Source of the DNA: Ignavibacteriota bacterium
GTDB taxonomy: Bacteria > Bacteroidota > Ignavibacteria > UBA10030 > UBA6906
Assembly: GCA_963801355.1 (NCBI GenBank)
Contig: CAWDEM010000008.1
Span: 1,120,001 to 1,184,000, forward strand
Direction: 5' to 3'
Length of the DNA stretch: 64,000 nucleotides
Below the pieces are notes generated by a model, which was given only the letters and a program-made list of their open reading frames with translations, had not been told where the DNA came from and searched no databases. Positions 46,813 to 56,760 of the stretch are shown piece by piece. The first letter of the stretch is position 1. Each line of letters starts with the position of its first letter. Position numbers and translations under genes: made by a program.

Positions 46813-49040
46813 GGCTTTAGCCGGACTGCCCGAAGGAATTCCTGAAAATAGGGTTCTTCACGAACGCTTTGCCATTCCGGATCCACGTTGAGGATATGGA
46901 GTTTGGGGTCTTCGTCCTCGATGGCCTTGACTACCCACTCCAGCGCCTTTTCCTGTAGTCCCGCATGGGCATACAGAATGGCAATATCATAGGGCGACAC
47001 GTGCCGGTGATTGAAAACCCCGGCCATTGCAGAGGCGGCTGCTCCAAACGCAGCGTCAATGCCCGCCTTCTCCATTACCTGGGCAAGGATGGGTTGGCCT
47101 GCTGCAACGAACATCTTCTTGCACACTCCCACAGCTTCTCCCTTCCGATGGAGCAAGGAATACGTCCGCCACAGGAACCACATCCCCCAGAGGAAGGGGG
47201 GAGACACCTCGGCAAATTTGGCAAGTCTCTCAAGAACCAGGTCATACCTGGCAGTATAGAAGTCCGGAAAGGCAACGCACAGTTCAACGAAATCGGCCAG
47301 CGGGTCAATCGTTTTGGCCCTCCTGGCGAGTTTCCTGGCATACTCGAAATCTCCTAAGGAGATATGATTGATGCTGCAATTTCGAAGCCCCATTGTTTCG
47401 TTCGGGTTCAATTCCAGGCATCGTTGGTATGCAGCTTCTCCTTTCACATAATCCCGCTCCATGCATGCAGTGGACACGCCCAACACGTCATATGCTTCTG
47501 CGCAATTCGGATCCAATTCCAGCGATTTCTGTAAGTACTTCTTGACAAAAGGTCTTGCATCGCTGCATTTTTCCCCGCCGAAGTAGGACTTGACAAAATA
47601 GCAGCCTGCAATTCCCGCATAGGCCGCCGCAAAGTTGGGATCCTTTTCAAGCGCTCGATGGAAATATTCCTTTGACTCGTCAACGATAGTAAGATCGATT
47701 CGATTGAACACGTACATGCCCTGTTGCAGGAGATTGTAGGCCTCCACATTGTCGGTGTAGTGTCTGAAGAGTTTGTCTCTTTCAGCGTCAAGAAGTTTGA
47801 CCTTCAAGGCGTTTACGATGGCCAGCGAGATTTCTTCCTGCACGTCGAACATGTCTTCCAGCCGACGGTCGTAGCTCTCGGACCAGAGGTGGTAGCCATC
47901 CATCACACTGATGAGCTGAGTGGTGATGCGGAGGCGGTCGCCGGACTTCCTCACGCTACCTTCGAGTACTGTCCTCACATCCAGCTTCCTTCCGACTTTC
48001 CGTACATCATGCCCTCCTCCCTTGAAGGCAAACGCTGAGGTGCGGGCAACTACCCTCAAGTCGGTTATCCTGGACAGTGTCGCGATCAACTCCTCCGTCA
48101 ATCCATCGCAGAACAATTCCTGTTCAGGATCTGCGGTCAAATTGACGAACGGCAGTACTGCGATGGACCGGGATGGAATCGGTTCAGGCATGTCAAGCCA
48201 GTCAGGCCGATTCCCACTCCGGCTTGTGATGGTCCGTAGTGCTCCAAGCACAGCCGCCATATCGTCGTACCTGTCTTCTCTCTCCTTTGCCATCGATTTC
48301 TCTACAATGGCGAGGAGTTCCTGCGGAATATCCTGGCGGAGTGTCCTCAGATCCTCAGGGTCCTGATTCAGAATGAGATACACCATTGCCTGTTCGTGGT
48401 CTGCTTTGAATGGAGGCCGACCGGCGAGCATTTCGTACAGGACAATTCCCAGCGACCAGATGTCCGTCCTCTGATCGGCTTCTTCTCCTTTGATTTGTTC
48501 CGGCGACATGTAGTCTGTGGTACCAAATGTCGTGCGCCCTCTCGTGAGCCGGGTCTGATCTCTTCTCTTGGCCAGTCCGAAGTCCAGTATCTTTACGGTG
48601 CCGTCATTCGTGATGAAGATATTGGCTGGTTTGATATCCCTGTGCACAATCCCGTTCTCATGTGCCTTCTTCAATCCTTCGGCGATCTGCCGGGTTATGT
48701 CTGTAATCTCTTGCACACCGAGCGTGCCGCGACGTATCCGTTGCTTCAGCGTTTCTCCTATGTAGCAGTCCATGGCAATGAACAGCTGTCCGTCGGGAGT
48801 TTCGTCAATCTCGTGTATTGTGCAGATGTTGTTGTGCTGAAGCGACGAGGCACTTTGGGCTTCAAGGATGAAACGCCGTTTGGATTCCTCGTCTTGCGTG
48901 AAGGATTCCGTCAAGACCTTGAGAGCGACAGTGCGTTTGAGTTTCAGATCCTCGGCACGGTAGATGACTCCCATGCCGCCTTCGCCGAGCTTTGCGAGGA
49001 TCTTGTAGTGGGAAAGTGTATTGCCAATGAGGGATGCCAA
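46809..49040 (-). CDS. Cytoplasmic Hanks-type Ser/Thr kinase with SIAVLPF domain and TPRs (paralog of 43020-45245)
   Basis: Same motifs as its paralog; TTG start after GGAGGAG; 4-bp overlap with the sigma-54 activator. Confidence 0.92.
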   Translation of the reverse strand: MASLIGNTLSHYKILAKLGEGGMGVIYRAEDLKLKRTVALKVLTESFTQDEESKRRFILEAQSASSLQHNNICTIHEIDETPDGQLFIAMDCYIGETLKQRIRRGTLGVQEITDITRQIAEGLKKAHENGIVHRDIKPANIFITNDGTVKILDFGLAKRRDQTRLTRGRTTFGTTDYMSPEQIKGEEADQRTDIWSLGIVLYEMLAGRPPFKADHEQAMVYLILNQDPEDLRTLRQDIPQELLAIVEKSMAKEREDRYDDMAAVLGALRTITSRSGNRPDWLDMPEPIPSRSIAVLPFVNLTADPEQELFCDGLTEELIATLSRITDLRVVARTSAFAFKGGGHDVRKVGRKLDVRTVLEGSVRKSGDRLRITTQLISVMDGYHLWSESYDRRLEDMFDVQEEISLAIVNALKVKLLDAERDKLFRHYTDNVEAYNLLQQGMYVFNRIDLTIVDESKEYFHRALEKDPNFAAAYAGIAGCYFVKSYFGGEKCSDARPFVKKYLQKSLELDPNCAEAYDVLGVSTACMERDYVKGEAAYQRCLELNPNETMGLRNCSINHISLGDFEYARKLARRAKTIDPLADFVELCVAFPDFYTARYDLVLERLAKFAEVSPPFLWGMWFLWRTYSLLHRKGEAVGVCKKMFVAAGQPILAQVMEKAGIDAAFGAAASAMAGVFNHRHVSPYDIAILYAHAGLQEKALEWVVKAIEDEDPKLHILNVDPEWQSVREEPYFQEFLRAVRLKP

Positions 49041-49261
49041 GGCAGCTCCTCCCCTCCGGGTAAGGTTGGGACCTTATTGAGCCCTTGGGGGTCGTCGAAA
49101 TGGGCTCTAGTGCGGAGGTACTGGAACAGGGTCCAGAACGGCAGCCCTCAGGCTGCAGAAGCAATCAGGCACCGATGTGTGTGTCAGCAACATACGTCGG
49201 AGAAGGGGAAAATGCAAGGGTTTTGGGAAGGAAAGACGCACTCAGTGTTTTGTTTGTGCCC

Positions 49262-52200
49262 TTATCCCCGCTTCAACCTGGCCAGTCTCGCCCGCGCATC
49301 CGCCGGCTCCGTGTACACCGGATCGGCCTTCCCCCAGACCTTGAGGAATTGCGTGTAGTTCTCGATCGCTTTATCTCTCATCCCTTTCTGTTCATAGAGT
49401 TGTGCGACGCGGTAATAGTAACGGGGAATGATCGGGCCTAGCAAGTGAGGTGGCTTCTTGAGCGCGAGCTCGTAGGAGGTAATCGCGCTGTCAATCATGC
49501 CGCGCTCGACGTAGGCGCGTGGGAGAATGTCAAAGGGTATTGGAATCCAGTCAATCCAGGTGGGCTCGCCGTTCCACGGGGTGCAGAGTGGCCAACTGGC
49601 AGCTGTGAGCGAATCTGGCAAGTGGGTGAGCCAGCTTCTCCTCGGTGTCCAATTCGGCTGGACTTCCGCAGGACGACCCGCCGCAAGGAGGCGAAAGCCC
49701 TTCAACGCGTTCATGAAACAGCGCCCGGTTTCTTCATTCTGCTCCAAATTCGCGGTGTCGCGTTGAGAGAATGCCAGGAGGGTATCCTTTATCCGCTCCA
49801 GTCGCATGTCGATAGAGTCCCTCTTCCCTTCCTGTAAATCCACAAGCCCGAGACAGAATTGGGACAACCACGGCCCGTCCCCTAGCTCTGGTGAGTATGA
49901 AAAATGCAAGCGAGCCTTCTTCCAGTCGCCTCTTTCATACGCACACCATGCTCTCAGCCAATTTATTCCCCCGAGATTGCCATTATTATCGGAATCAGTG
50001 ATATTTTTCTTCTGGAACTCACGCGACATTTTCTGCTCACTCGCTCGGAGGGCTTCTTCAGCCTCCCACAACCGGCCAGACCATACCAAATACCATGCAC
50101 GATACCAGAGGCAATAGCCCCAAAGTAGTGGAGCAGGAGCCATTTCGGATGCGCGAGCAGACCATTTGATTGCTTCCTCGTAATCCTCTTTCAGGAAGTG
50201 CAACTTTGCCAGCGTCATTCCGGCATACCACGCGTCAGGTTTGACCTTAAGAGCTTCCTCGCATTTAGCGATACCTTCGTCGTATCTTCCCAGGATCAGG
50301 AGACACTCTGCCGCAGAGTGGAGGGGGTTTGGATCTCCGGGTTGCAGTTCGGCATATCGTTCAAGCATCTGCATCCCTTTTTCACCCTGTCCATCAAGTA
50401 CGTAACTATACGCAAGTTCATTGTACGCCGGCAGAAAGGCCGGGTCCAGCTGCAGCGCCTTTTCATATTCTGCAATCGCCTGAGTCAATTTTCCCGACCT
50501 TTTCAGCCTCTGCGCATAAACCCGCCTGAACTCGGCATCGAACGAGAAAATCTCGGCGCGCGCCTTAACCCATGACATCAAATCACCTCCCGCTTCCTCG
50601 CGCCCGCGACTTTTCAACAGAGAGGCCTTGAGGCTCGGATCAATAGAGGCTATCACGAACTTTTCTCTTTCGGTCGCTCTGGACGCGTTCTTCACTGCCT
50701 GCTCACGCGCAAACTTTTCGGCTGGCCTGTCTCCAAGGATTGCACAGGGCCCGCTTAGCCAGAGCCACGCGATGGCAAATGTTGAATCTTCCTTCACAGC
50801 AAGTTCGAGGAAGCGGCGAGCATCCTCCCAATTGTACTTGTCGATCTCCCGTTTGCCCCTCTGGAAATACCTCTGCGCCTCGATGGAACTGCTGCTCACC
50901 TCGGCAACAGGCTTGACTGCGGCCTGAGAGCCCAGCTGCGAAACTCCCATTCCGTGCGATACCTGCCTGGCAAGATCATCCACAATCCCGTCTTCCGTAA
51001 GAAAACTCTCGACTTCACGTCCCCGGGCCTTCATTGGGCTTCCCAGTTTCTCACCCGATTGCACATCAATCAGCTCGAGTTCCGCGAGGAAGAGCGGTCC
51101 TGCCTTTGTGTAACTGCCGACACACATGACGTCGATCCCCGCTCTCCGGCACAACAGCAATCCTGTCTCCCTGTCGATAAACTCCACGGAATCTTTGCCG
51201 ACCTGTTTCATCAGCTCGCGCATCCGGTCGGACCGCGTCACGCGGACATACTTCGAGTCCCCCAGTGTCGTGGCGAGAACATCAGGGAGCACGTTCCGAA
51301 GATACTTCAAAGAGTCTTCGCCGGTCTTGTTTTCCATGCTGATAAATGCAATGCCCCTGGGATGAGATGCAAGAGCCTGATCCTGGAGCAACGGGGTGAC
51401 AACAAACAGGCCGACTGCCAGGATCGCCGCTGCCAGTCCTGCCGCGATGAGTCTTCGCCTCAGTTTCCTCTTCTGCTTTGTCTTTGCCGCCCCTGCTGCC
51501 GCAATTGTCCCGCCCGGTTCTTCTTTGCCCCGGGCGATCTTCAGATCTGACAATAGCTCTTCAGCCGTCTGGTACCGCTCCTCCCGATTCTTTGCAAGTG
51601 CCTTGCCAAGAATCTGTTCTATCACCTCCGGTACCTCAGGTCGGACCGATCTGATCGGTTTCGGATCTTCATTCAAGATCGCATAGACAAGTGCCTGTTC
51701 ATAGTCGCTCTTGAATGGCAATTGTCCTGTGAGCATCTCGTACACCACGACTCCCAACGACCAGATGTCACTCCTCTGATCTACCGGTTCTCCGCGCGCC
51801 TGCTCGGGCGACATGTACGCCGCCGTCCCCAGCGTACTTCCCGTCTTCGTCAGCATCGACTGCCCGATGAGTTTCGCCAGCCCGAAGTCCAGTATCTTCA
51901 CTTCACTGTGGTCTGTGAGGAAGATGTTCGCGGGTTTGATGTCACGGTGGACGATCCCGGCCTCGTGTGCCCGTGAGAGTCCCTCTGCTATCTGTATGGC
52001 GATGTCCAGGGCGCGATCGAAGTCCAGGGGGCCCTGATCGATTGTTTTCTTGAGTGTCTGGCCCTCATAGCATGCCATGACGATGAACATCTGCCCATCG
52101 TCAGTATTACCAAAGTCGTGGATGGTGCAGATGTTGGAGTGGTCCAGGGCCGAGGCCGCGCGGGCTTCGTGGATGAAGCGTTCCTGGGCTTCGGGGTCAA

Positions 52201-52336
52201 GGGTGAGAGTTGGAGGGAGGAACTTTAGTGCAACGGTACGATTGAGGCGAGTGTCCTGGGCCTTATAGACGACTCCCATCCCTCCGCCGCCGAGTTTTTC
52301 GAGGATCTTGTAGTGGGAAACAACTTCGCCGACCAT
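49262..52336 (-). CDS. Transmembrane Hanks-type Ser/Thr kinase with extracytoplasmic TPR region
   Basis: Complete kinase motifs; basic patch KRKLRRR then TM LIAAGLAAAILAVGLFVV; long TPR region. Confidence 0.92.
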   Translation of the reverse strand: MVGEVVSHYKILEKLGGGGMGVVYKAQDTRLNRTVALKFLPPTLTLDPEAQERFIHEARAASALDHSNICTIHDFGNTDDGQMFIVMACYEGQTLKKTIDQGPLDFDRALDIAIQIAEGLSRAHEAGIVHRDIKPANIFLTDHSEVKILDFGLAKLIGQSMLTKTGSTLGTAAYMSPEQARGEPVDQRSDIWSLGVVVYEMLTGQLPFKSDYEQALVYAILNEDPKPIRSVRPEVPEVIEQILGKALAKNREERYQTAEELLSDLKIARGKEEPGGTIAAAGAAKTKQKRKLRRRLIAAGLAAAILAVGLFVVTPLLQDQALASHPRGIAFISMENKTGEDSLKYLRNVLPDVLATTLGDSKYVRVTRSDRMRELMKQVGKDSVEFIDRETGLLLCRRAGIDVMCVGSYTKAGPLFLAELELIDVQSGEKLGSPMKARGREVESFLTEDGIVDDLARQVSHGMGVSQLGSQAAVKPVAEVSSSSIEAQRYFQRGKREIDKYNWEDARRFLELAVKEDSTFAIAWLWLSGPCAILGDRPAEKFAREQAVKNASRATEREKFVIASIDPSLKASLLKSRGREEAGGDLMSWVKARAEIFSFDAEFRRVYAQRLKRSGKLTQAIAEYEKALQLDPAFLPAYNELAYSYVLDGQGEKGMQMLERYAELQPGDPNPLHSAAECLLILGRYDEGIAKCEEALKVKPDAWYAGMTLAKLHFLKEDYEEAIKWSARASEMAPAPLLWGYCLWYRAWYLVWSGRLWEAEEALRASEQKMSREFQKKNITDSDNNGNLGGINWLRAWCAYERGDWKKARLHFSYSPELGDGPWLSQFCLGLVDLQEGKRDSIDMRLERIKDTLLAFSQRDTANLEQNEETGRCFMNALKGFRLLAAGRPAEVQPNWTPRRSWLTHLPDSLTAASWPLCTPWNGEPTWIDWIPIPFDILPRAYVERGMIDSAITSYELALKKPPHLLGPIIPRYYYRVAQLYEQKGMRDKAIENYTQFLKVWGKADPVYTEPADARARLARLKRG

Positions 52337-52421
52337 GGATCGGCCTCGGAAATCATCCATTGTCTACGGCTTCCTGTGCTTAGGTCCAGCCGGAGGCGGG
52401 ACGAGACTCTTTCTCAGTCCC

Positions 52422-53444
52422 CTACAGTCCTATTTTCACCGACAATACCTGGTTGCCATCAAAGAATTTCACGGACCGGTACGCGTAGTCAAACGTCACA
52501 TCCATGTTCCCGACGGTTGCATGGATTCCTACGCCAAGTGAGGGACCATAGATGTTCTCGCGCTCGTCCATCGTCGGTGGTGAATAGTCGTACCCGCCAC
52601 GCGTGAACAGAAGATTCTGGAATCCGTATTCAAAGCCGAAACGGTACGCATCGTCGGTGAAATTGTTGTTCTGAAAAGCAGCTCCCAGGATGAGTGTATT
52701 CTCATCGTCGAAGGTCGTGCGGTAACCGACACCGAGTTCAATGGTAGAGGGCAACTCGAAGGAGGCCGCTTCCACACTGTAGTAGAATTCAGAACGCTCC
52801 AGTCCCGATGCCGTTGCGGCGATGTTAAGCCCCGGACCCTCAAACCTCATCTGGGGCCCTATGTTCTTCACGACGACGCCAAAGCTCAGGCCGTTCAGGT
52901 TGGCGAGGTCGGTGTAGATAACCCCCATGTCAAAAGCAATGCCGGCTGCACTGACTTCAGCCATGCGCTCCGAGATGAGACTGACCGTCCCGCCCACGCG
53001 GATTCTGTCCGTGAGCTGTCTTCCATAAGTCAATCCCAGCGTAAAGAACTGGGGCGAGAATGTCTGGCCTGATCCGTCGGGTGTGTTGGCGGTGGTAAGA
53101 GGGATTTCGCCGATGGAGAGCGCCTTCAGCTGAAGCGCCATCACACCGAAATCGGTGAAATCCACGGCCACAGAGGCACATTCCACACCGATGTCAGCAA
53201 TGTAGTTCATGTGGGAGGCGAAGAGGGTGACGGCACGCTGGGGCCCGGCGATCCCTGCCGGATTCCAGAAGAGAGCTTCCGGCCCGGATGTGAGTGCCAC
53301 GGTTGATCCTCCCATGGCGATATCACGGGTCCCGATGGGAATCAGCAGTTCCGAAGCGCCGTTCGTGCCCGTGCGGTTGCCCGAACCTGCGATCAATGTC
53401 GCAGCGGGCAGCAGACAGGCAAGCATGAGCATGGCGAGTTTCAT
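52422..53444 (-). CDS. PorV/PorQ-family (UPF0164/FadL-like) outer-membrane barrel
   Basis: GTNGASELLIPIGTRDIAMGG...ALFWNPAGIA N-terminal signature; beta-strand body. Confidence 0.85.
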   Translation of the reverse strand: MKLAMLMLACLLPAATLIAGSGNRTGTNGASELLIPIGTRDIAMGGSTVALTSGPEALFWNPAGIAGPQRAVTLFASHMNYIADIGVECASVAVDFTDFGVMALQLKALSIGEIPLTTANTPDGSGQTFSPQFFTLGLTYGRQLTDRIRVGGTVSLISERMAEVSAAGIAFDMGVIYTDLANLNGLSFGVVVKNIGPQMRFEGPGLNIAATASGLERSEFYYSVEAASFELPSTIELGVGYRTTFDDENTLILGAAFQNNNFTDDAYRFGFEYGFQNLLFTRGGYDYSPPTMDERENIYGPSLGVGIHATVGNMDVTFDYAYRSVKFFDGNQVLSVKIGL

Positions 53445-53466
53445 TGGATCACCTTTGCGAGGTTGA

Positions 53467-56400
53467 TCAATACCTGTCGAGGATCTGTTGCTCCTGCACG
53501 ATCGCGATCTTCACAATCTTCGTTGCGTTCACATCGGGCATATCGATATACGCTATGTACAGGCCACTGCCGACCGGAAGTCCCGAATCGTTCTTGAGAT
53601 CCCACCGCTCGAATTGCGAATCATTCTCCCGGTTGATGGTTCGTACCTGAACTCCTGCCAGGTTGAAAATGCGGATTGTCGCTTTTTTCGGAAGGTGGTT
53701 AAACGTCACGAACCGTTGATATTTGTTCAGCTCCTGTGGATTGACGCCATAGTAGGGATTGGGGAAGACATTGATCTGACTCACATCATTCTGCGCAAGC
53801 GTCATGTCGCCGGTTACGTTCTTCGGTGATGTAAACGAGAACGTGTTCCCGGGGAAGTTCATGTGATTGGCAACGATCAGAAATTGATCGTCCGTCCCCC
53901 AATCCACCGCGGCACGGCGGTTTGCGAGCGATATCCACATGAAGGGGAGGCTCGGATCCGTCAGGGCATTTGTCTGAAACGCCGGGTCGGGCGTTTGGCT
54001 GGTATAGGGCGCCGACATGATCCAGAACCACTCGCGCGGACTTGAAGAGCTGCAGTTGTCCACGTAGGCAATGTCCGGCCACCATTTGCCGTCGACACGG
54101 CCTCCGGAAACATTGTTTTCAAGAAATGCCACGGCCAGCCGCCGTGGCGGGTTTGCATCAACGTCCCAGGCCGAGAATGGAATACCCTGGACATAGTCCT
54201 GGAACGCGTAAGTTGCGGTGGCGTCTACGATGAATGGGGCGAACTCTGGTTTTGCCGGCGCGTTCTGAGCACCCCGGAGGAACCGGTAGGCGTAGGATAC
54301 ATTCTCATCGCCGGCTGGGAAAGTGCCGTCGGCCTTTGCCGGAGCCAGCTTGAGCAGGACACTCTTGAGGCCTGAGAATGGCACACCGAATCCGGAGCTC
54401 CCAAGAAGAACATATGCGTAGAAGTCAGTCGAATTCCCCATGGCACCGCTGAAACCTTCCAAGCCGTAAGCATCGGCACCAGACCACGTGAACCTGCGGG
54501 TCCCGCTTGGAATTTGCCATTCCTTCCAACCCGGAGTTGGTCCGGTGACAATGACCTGCACCCCGTCGACCGCCTTGTACTGTTGATCCCCGCTCTGGTT
54601 TTGTTGATCTGCAAGCTTCACCTGGCCGCTTGTGATGTCTCTCAGCTTCCAGGATACCACCCCACCGGCTGTGTCGAAGGCGACTTCATATTGATGTCCG
54701 GTGAGCGTCGCTGGATTCACGATGAGCGGCAGAACCGTGCCGTCGCAAGGGGTGAGTCCAGGAAGCGTTGTGTGGATCACCGGTGCGATTGTATCGCCGT
54801 AGACCGCGGCGTAACGGGTGCCCGGGTCGGGAGAATGAGGGATAACCGTCTTGACGATACTTTGCGTCTCGAGAGTTGCCGGAACCGCGCCCGGGGTCGG
54901 ATTGTAGTTGTACGCCGTAACAGCAAAGTAGTAGGGGTTGCCATTGATCAGCGGTCGTTCATTGTTGAACACGTCTTTCGTGATTCGTAACCATCTCTGG
55001 ACGCCGCTGTCGGCACCATATTGCTTCACTGTTGGTAGGACGGTTCCTTTGGCGGCATCAAACTCGTTGTCTATGATCTTCCCAACACCATCGATGACAT
55101 CGAATGTTGCGATGCGTTTGCCGTCAGCCAGCGATGCCGACGCTGAAGGGAGCTGATACACATTGTACCCTTCGAACGCATATCCCAGCGGACTCGGCAC
55201 CTCGGTGGCCGCCACGGCTGCCGAATCGCCACCCCAGTCAAGTATGATTTCATAGTTGAGCGCCGACGCCGTCGCTTGGGGTTGCGAAGGAGCGCGTGGA
55301 ACAGCGAAGAAATTGTTGTACGCTGCCTGCGCCTGATCATCGTAGAACTTCATGAGGCCGATCGCAGAGAGTCTGTCACATCCGGAAAATGCTCCGGCGC
55401 AAATCTCCGCAATGACAACCTCCTGCGTATCGCCACGCATCATGGTAAACGGTCCCGACGAGATTCCCATCCTCCGATCACCGAATGTCAGCCCGTGTGT
55501 CCCGTCAAGCCAGCCAGTTCGCTTTTCAGGATCGCCCGCGAAGGGAAACTTTGTAGGAGAACCACTGTTTGGATCGACATAGGGTTCACCGGAAACTGCA
55601 AGAAGACCCTGGAGTGCCCTGTACGTTCTGGTGACACCCAGAGCGCCAGCTGCCGCGAGCGGATCCAGGAGCACGGGATCGAGGGCCCCACCTGTGTTGG
55701 CGAAAAATGCCGTCATGGGAAGGTTACGTTTCCCATATACCCGTTTCCCGTTGAAGATAGCAGAGTCGGTGGGCAAGCCCGCGACGATCGGTCCCTGGAA
55801 GAAATCAAATCCCACTGCCGGAGGCGGGAGCGGGGAATACACTTTGTCTGTCTCCTCGCCGTTGTAGACGAATCCAAGACTCCGAGAAGTATCGCACCCG
55901 GCCAGATCATCGCCTGCGTTGCCGTCATCCGGATCCGACCACATCGCCACGAACATACTGTCGAACGGAATGGAGTTACGGTTTATCAGTGCATACCGTC
56001 TGAAGAACATGTAGCCCAGGGCACCTTCACTCCGATATCCCCAGATGGTCGTGTGCATTTCGATTCCCAGCGGAGGAGAGTCAAAGGCCCAGTCGGTATT
56101 GGGAACGTCGCGCGCAACACCCCAGATAGTCTGATCTGCTCCGGGAACACCCGGGATGTCGATTGAGGGTTCATAGGTACCATTCTGATTCTTGTCCTCG
56201 AAGGGAGCTCCTTCCTGCCAAGGCCATTCAGTCCAGTCCTTGTCGTACTGGGAATAGATCTCCGCTGCGCTCCCCTCTCCGTCACCCAATTCCGAGCTGA
56301 TGTCGGCCGTCTGGTTACCCGGGGGGATGTCGGGACGGACGCGATAGATGCGATTCTTAGGCAGGTCCGCTGATTCGGGCTGCATATTGTCCAATATCCT

Positions 56401-56745
56401 GCCCGGCTCAAGAGTTGTTCCCCACGTCACACCTCCGATCCGGATTTCTCCACCCAAACCAGCGTGAGCACCCCACAGGAGACCAGATGCACAGACAGGA
56501 CCTTTGCCACTCCCTTTGGGATAAAAAAGCCCCGGGAGAGCAGCCCAGCTCACCAGACTCCCATCACTGCAACCGTTCACATTGACACTAGTGGAGAGGT
56601 GGTTGATGTTGAATCTAGTCCACGTGGGGGAACCCGTAACTTTCGCGACGGAATTCGCCGGCCGCCGGCCGGTTTCTTTCGCCCGGGCTTCGGGAACCGC
56701 CGAAAGGATCGAGAGCGCAGTCAGAAAACAACAGAGTCGCTTCAT
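53467..56745 (-). CDS. Large secreted protein with a variant T9SS CTD
   Basis: Signal peptide; WSDPDDG...DDLAGCD; C-terminal INVFPNPYYG...FNHLP...IRIFNLAG...WDLKN...SGLYI. Confidence 0.82.
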   Translation of the reverse strand: MKRLCCFLTALSILSAVPEARAKETGRRPANSVAKVTGSPTWTRFNINHLSTSVNVNGCSDGSLVSWAALPGLFYPKGSGKGPVCASGLLWGAHAGLGGEIRIGGVTWGTTLEPGRILDNMQPESADLPKNRIYRVRPDIPPGNQTADISSELGDGEGSAAEIYSQYDKDWTEWPWQEGAPFEDKNQNGTYEPSIDIPGVPGADQTIWGVARDVPNTDWAFDSPPLGIEMHTTIWGYRSEGALGYMFFRRYALINRNSIPFDSMFVAMWSDPDDGNAGDDLAGCDTSRSLGFVYNGEETDKVYSPLPPPAVGFDFFQGPIVAGLPTDSAIFNGKRVYGKRNLPMTAFFANTGGALDPVLLDPLAAAGALGVTRTYRALQGLLAVSGEPYVDPNSGSPTKFPFAGDPEKRTGWLDGTHGLTFGDRRMGISSGPFTMMRGDTQEVVIAEICAGAFSGCDRLSAIGLMKFYDDQAQAAYNNFFAVPRAPSQPQATASALNYEIILDWGGDSAAVAATEVPSPLGYAFEGYNVYQLPSASASLADGKRIATFDVIDGVGKIIDNEFDAAKGTVLPTVKQYGADSGVQRWLRITKDVFNNERPLINGNPYYFAVTAYNYNPTPGAVPATLETQSIVKTVIPHSPDPGTRYAAVYGDTIAPVIHTTLPGLTPCDGTVLPLIVNPATLTGHQYEVAFDTAGGVVSWKLRDITSGQVKLADQQNQSGDQQYKAVDGVQVIVTGPTPGWKEWQIPSGTRRFTWSGADAYGLEGFSGAMGNSTDFYAYVLLGSSGFGVPFSGLKSVLLKLAPAKADGTFPAGDENVSYAYRFLRGAQNAPAKPEFAPFIVDATATYAFQDYVQGIPFSAWDVDANPPRRLAVAFLENNVSGGRVDGKWWPDIAYVDNCSSSSPREWFWIMSAPYTSQTPDPAFQTNALTDPSLPFMWISLANRRAAVDWGTDDQFLIVANHMNFPGNTFSFTSPKNVTGDMTLAQNDVSQINVFPNPYYGVNPQELNKYQRFVTFNHLPKKATIRIFNLAGVQVRTINRENDSQFERWDLKNDSGLPVGSGLYIAYIDMPDVNATKIVKIAIVQEQQILDRY

Positions 56746-56760
56746 GTGTGTCCGCTCCTT

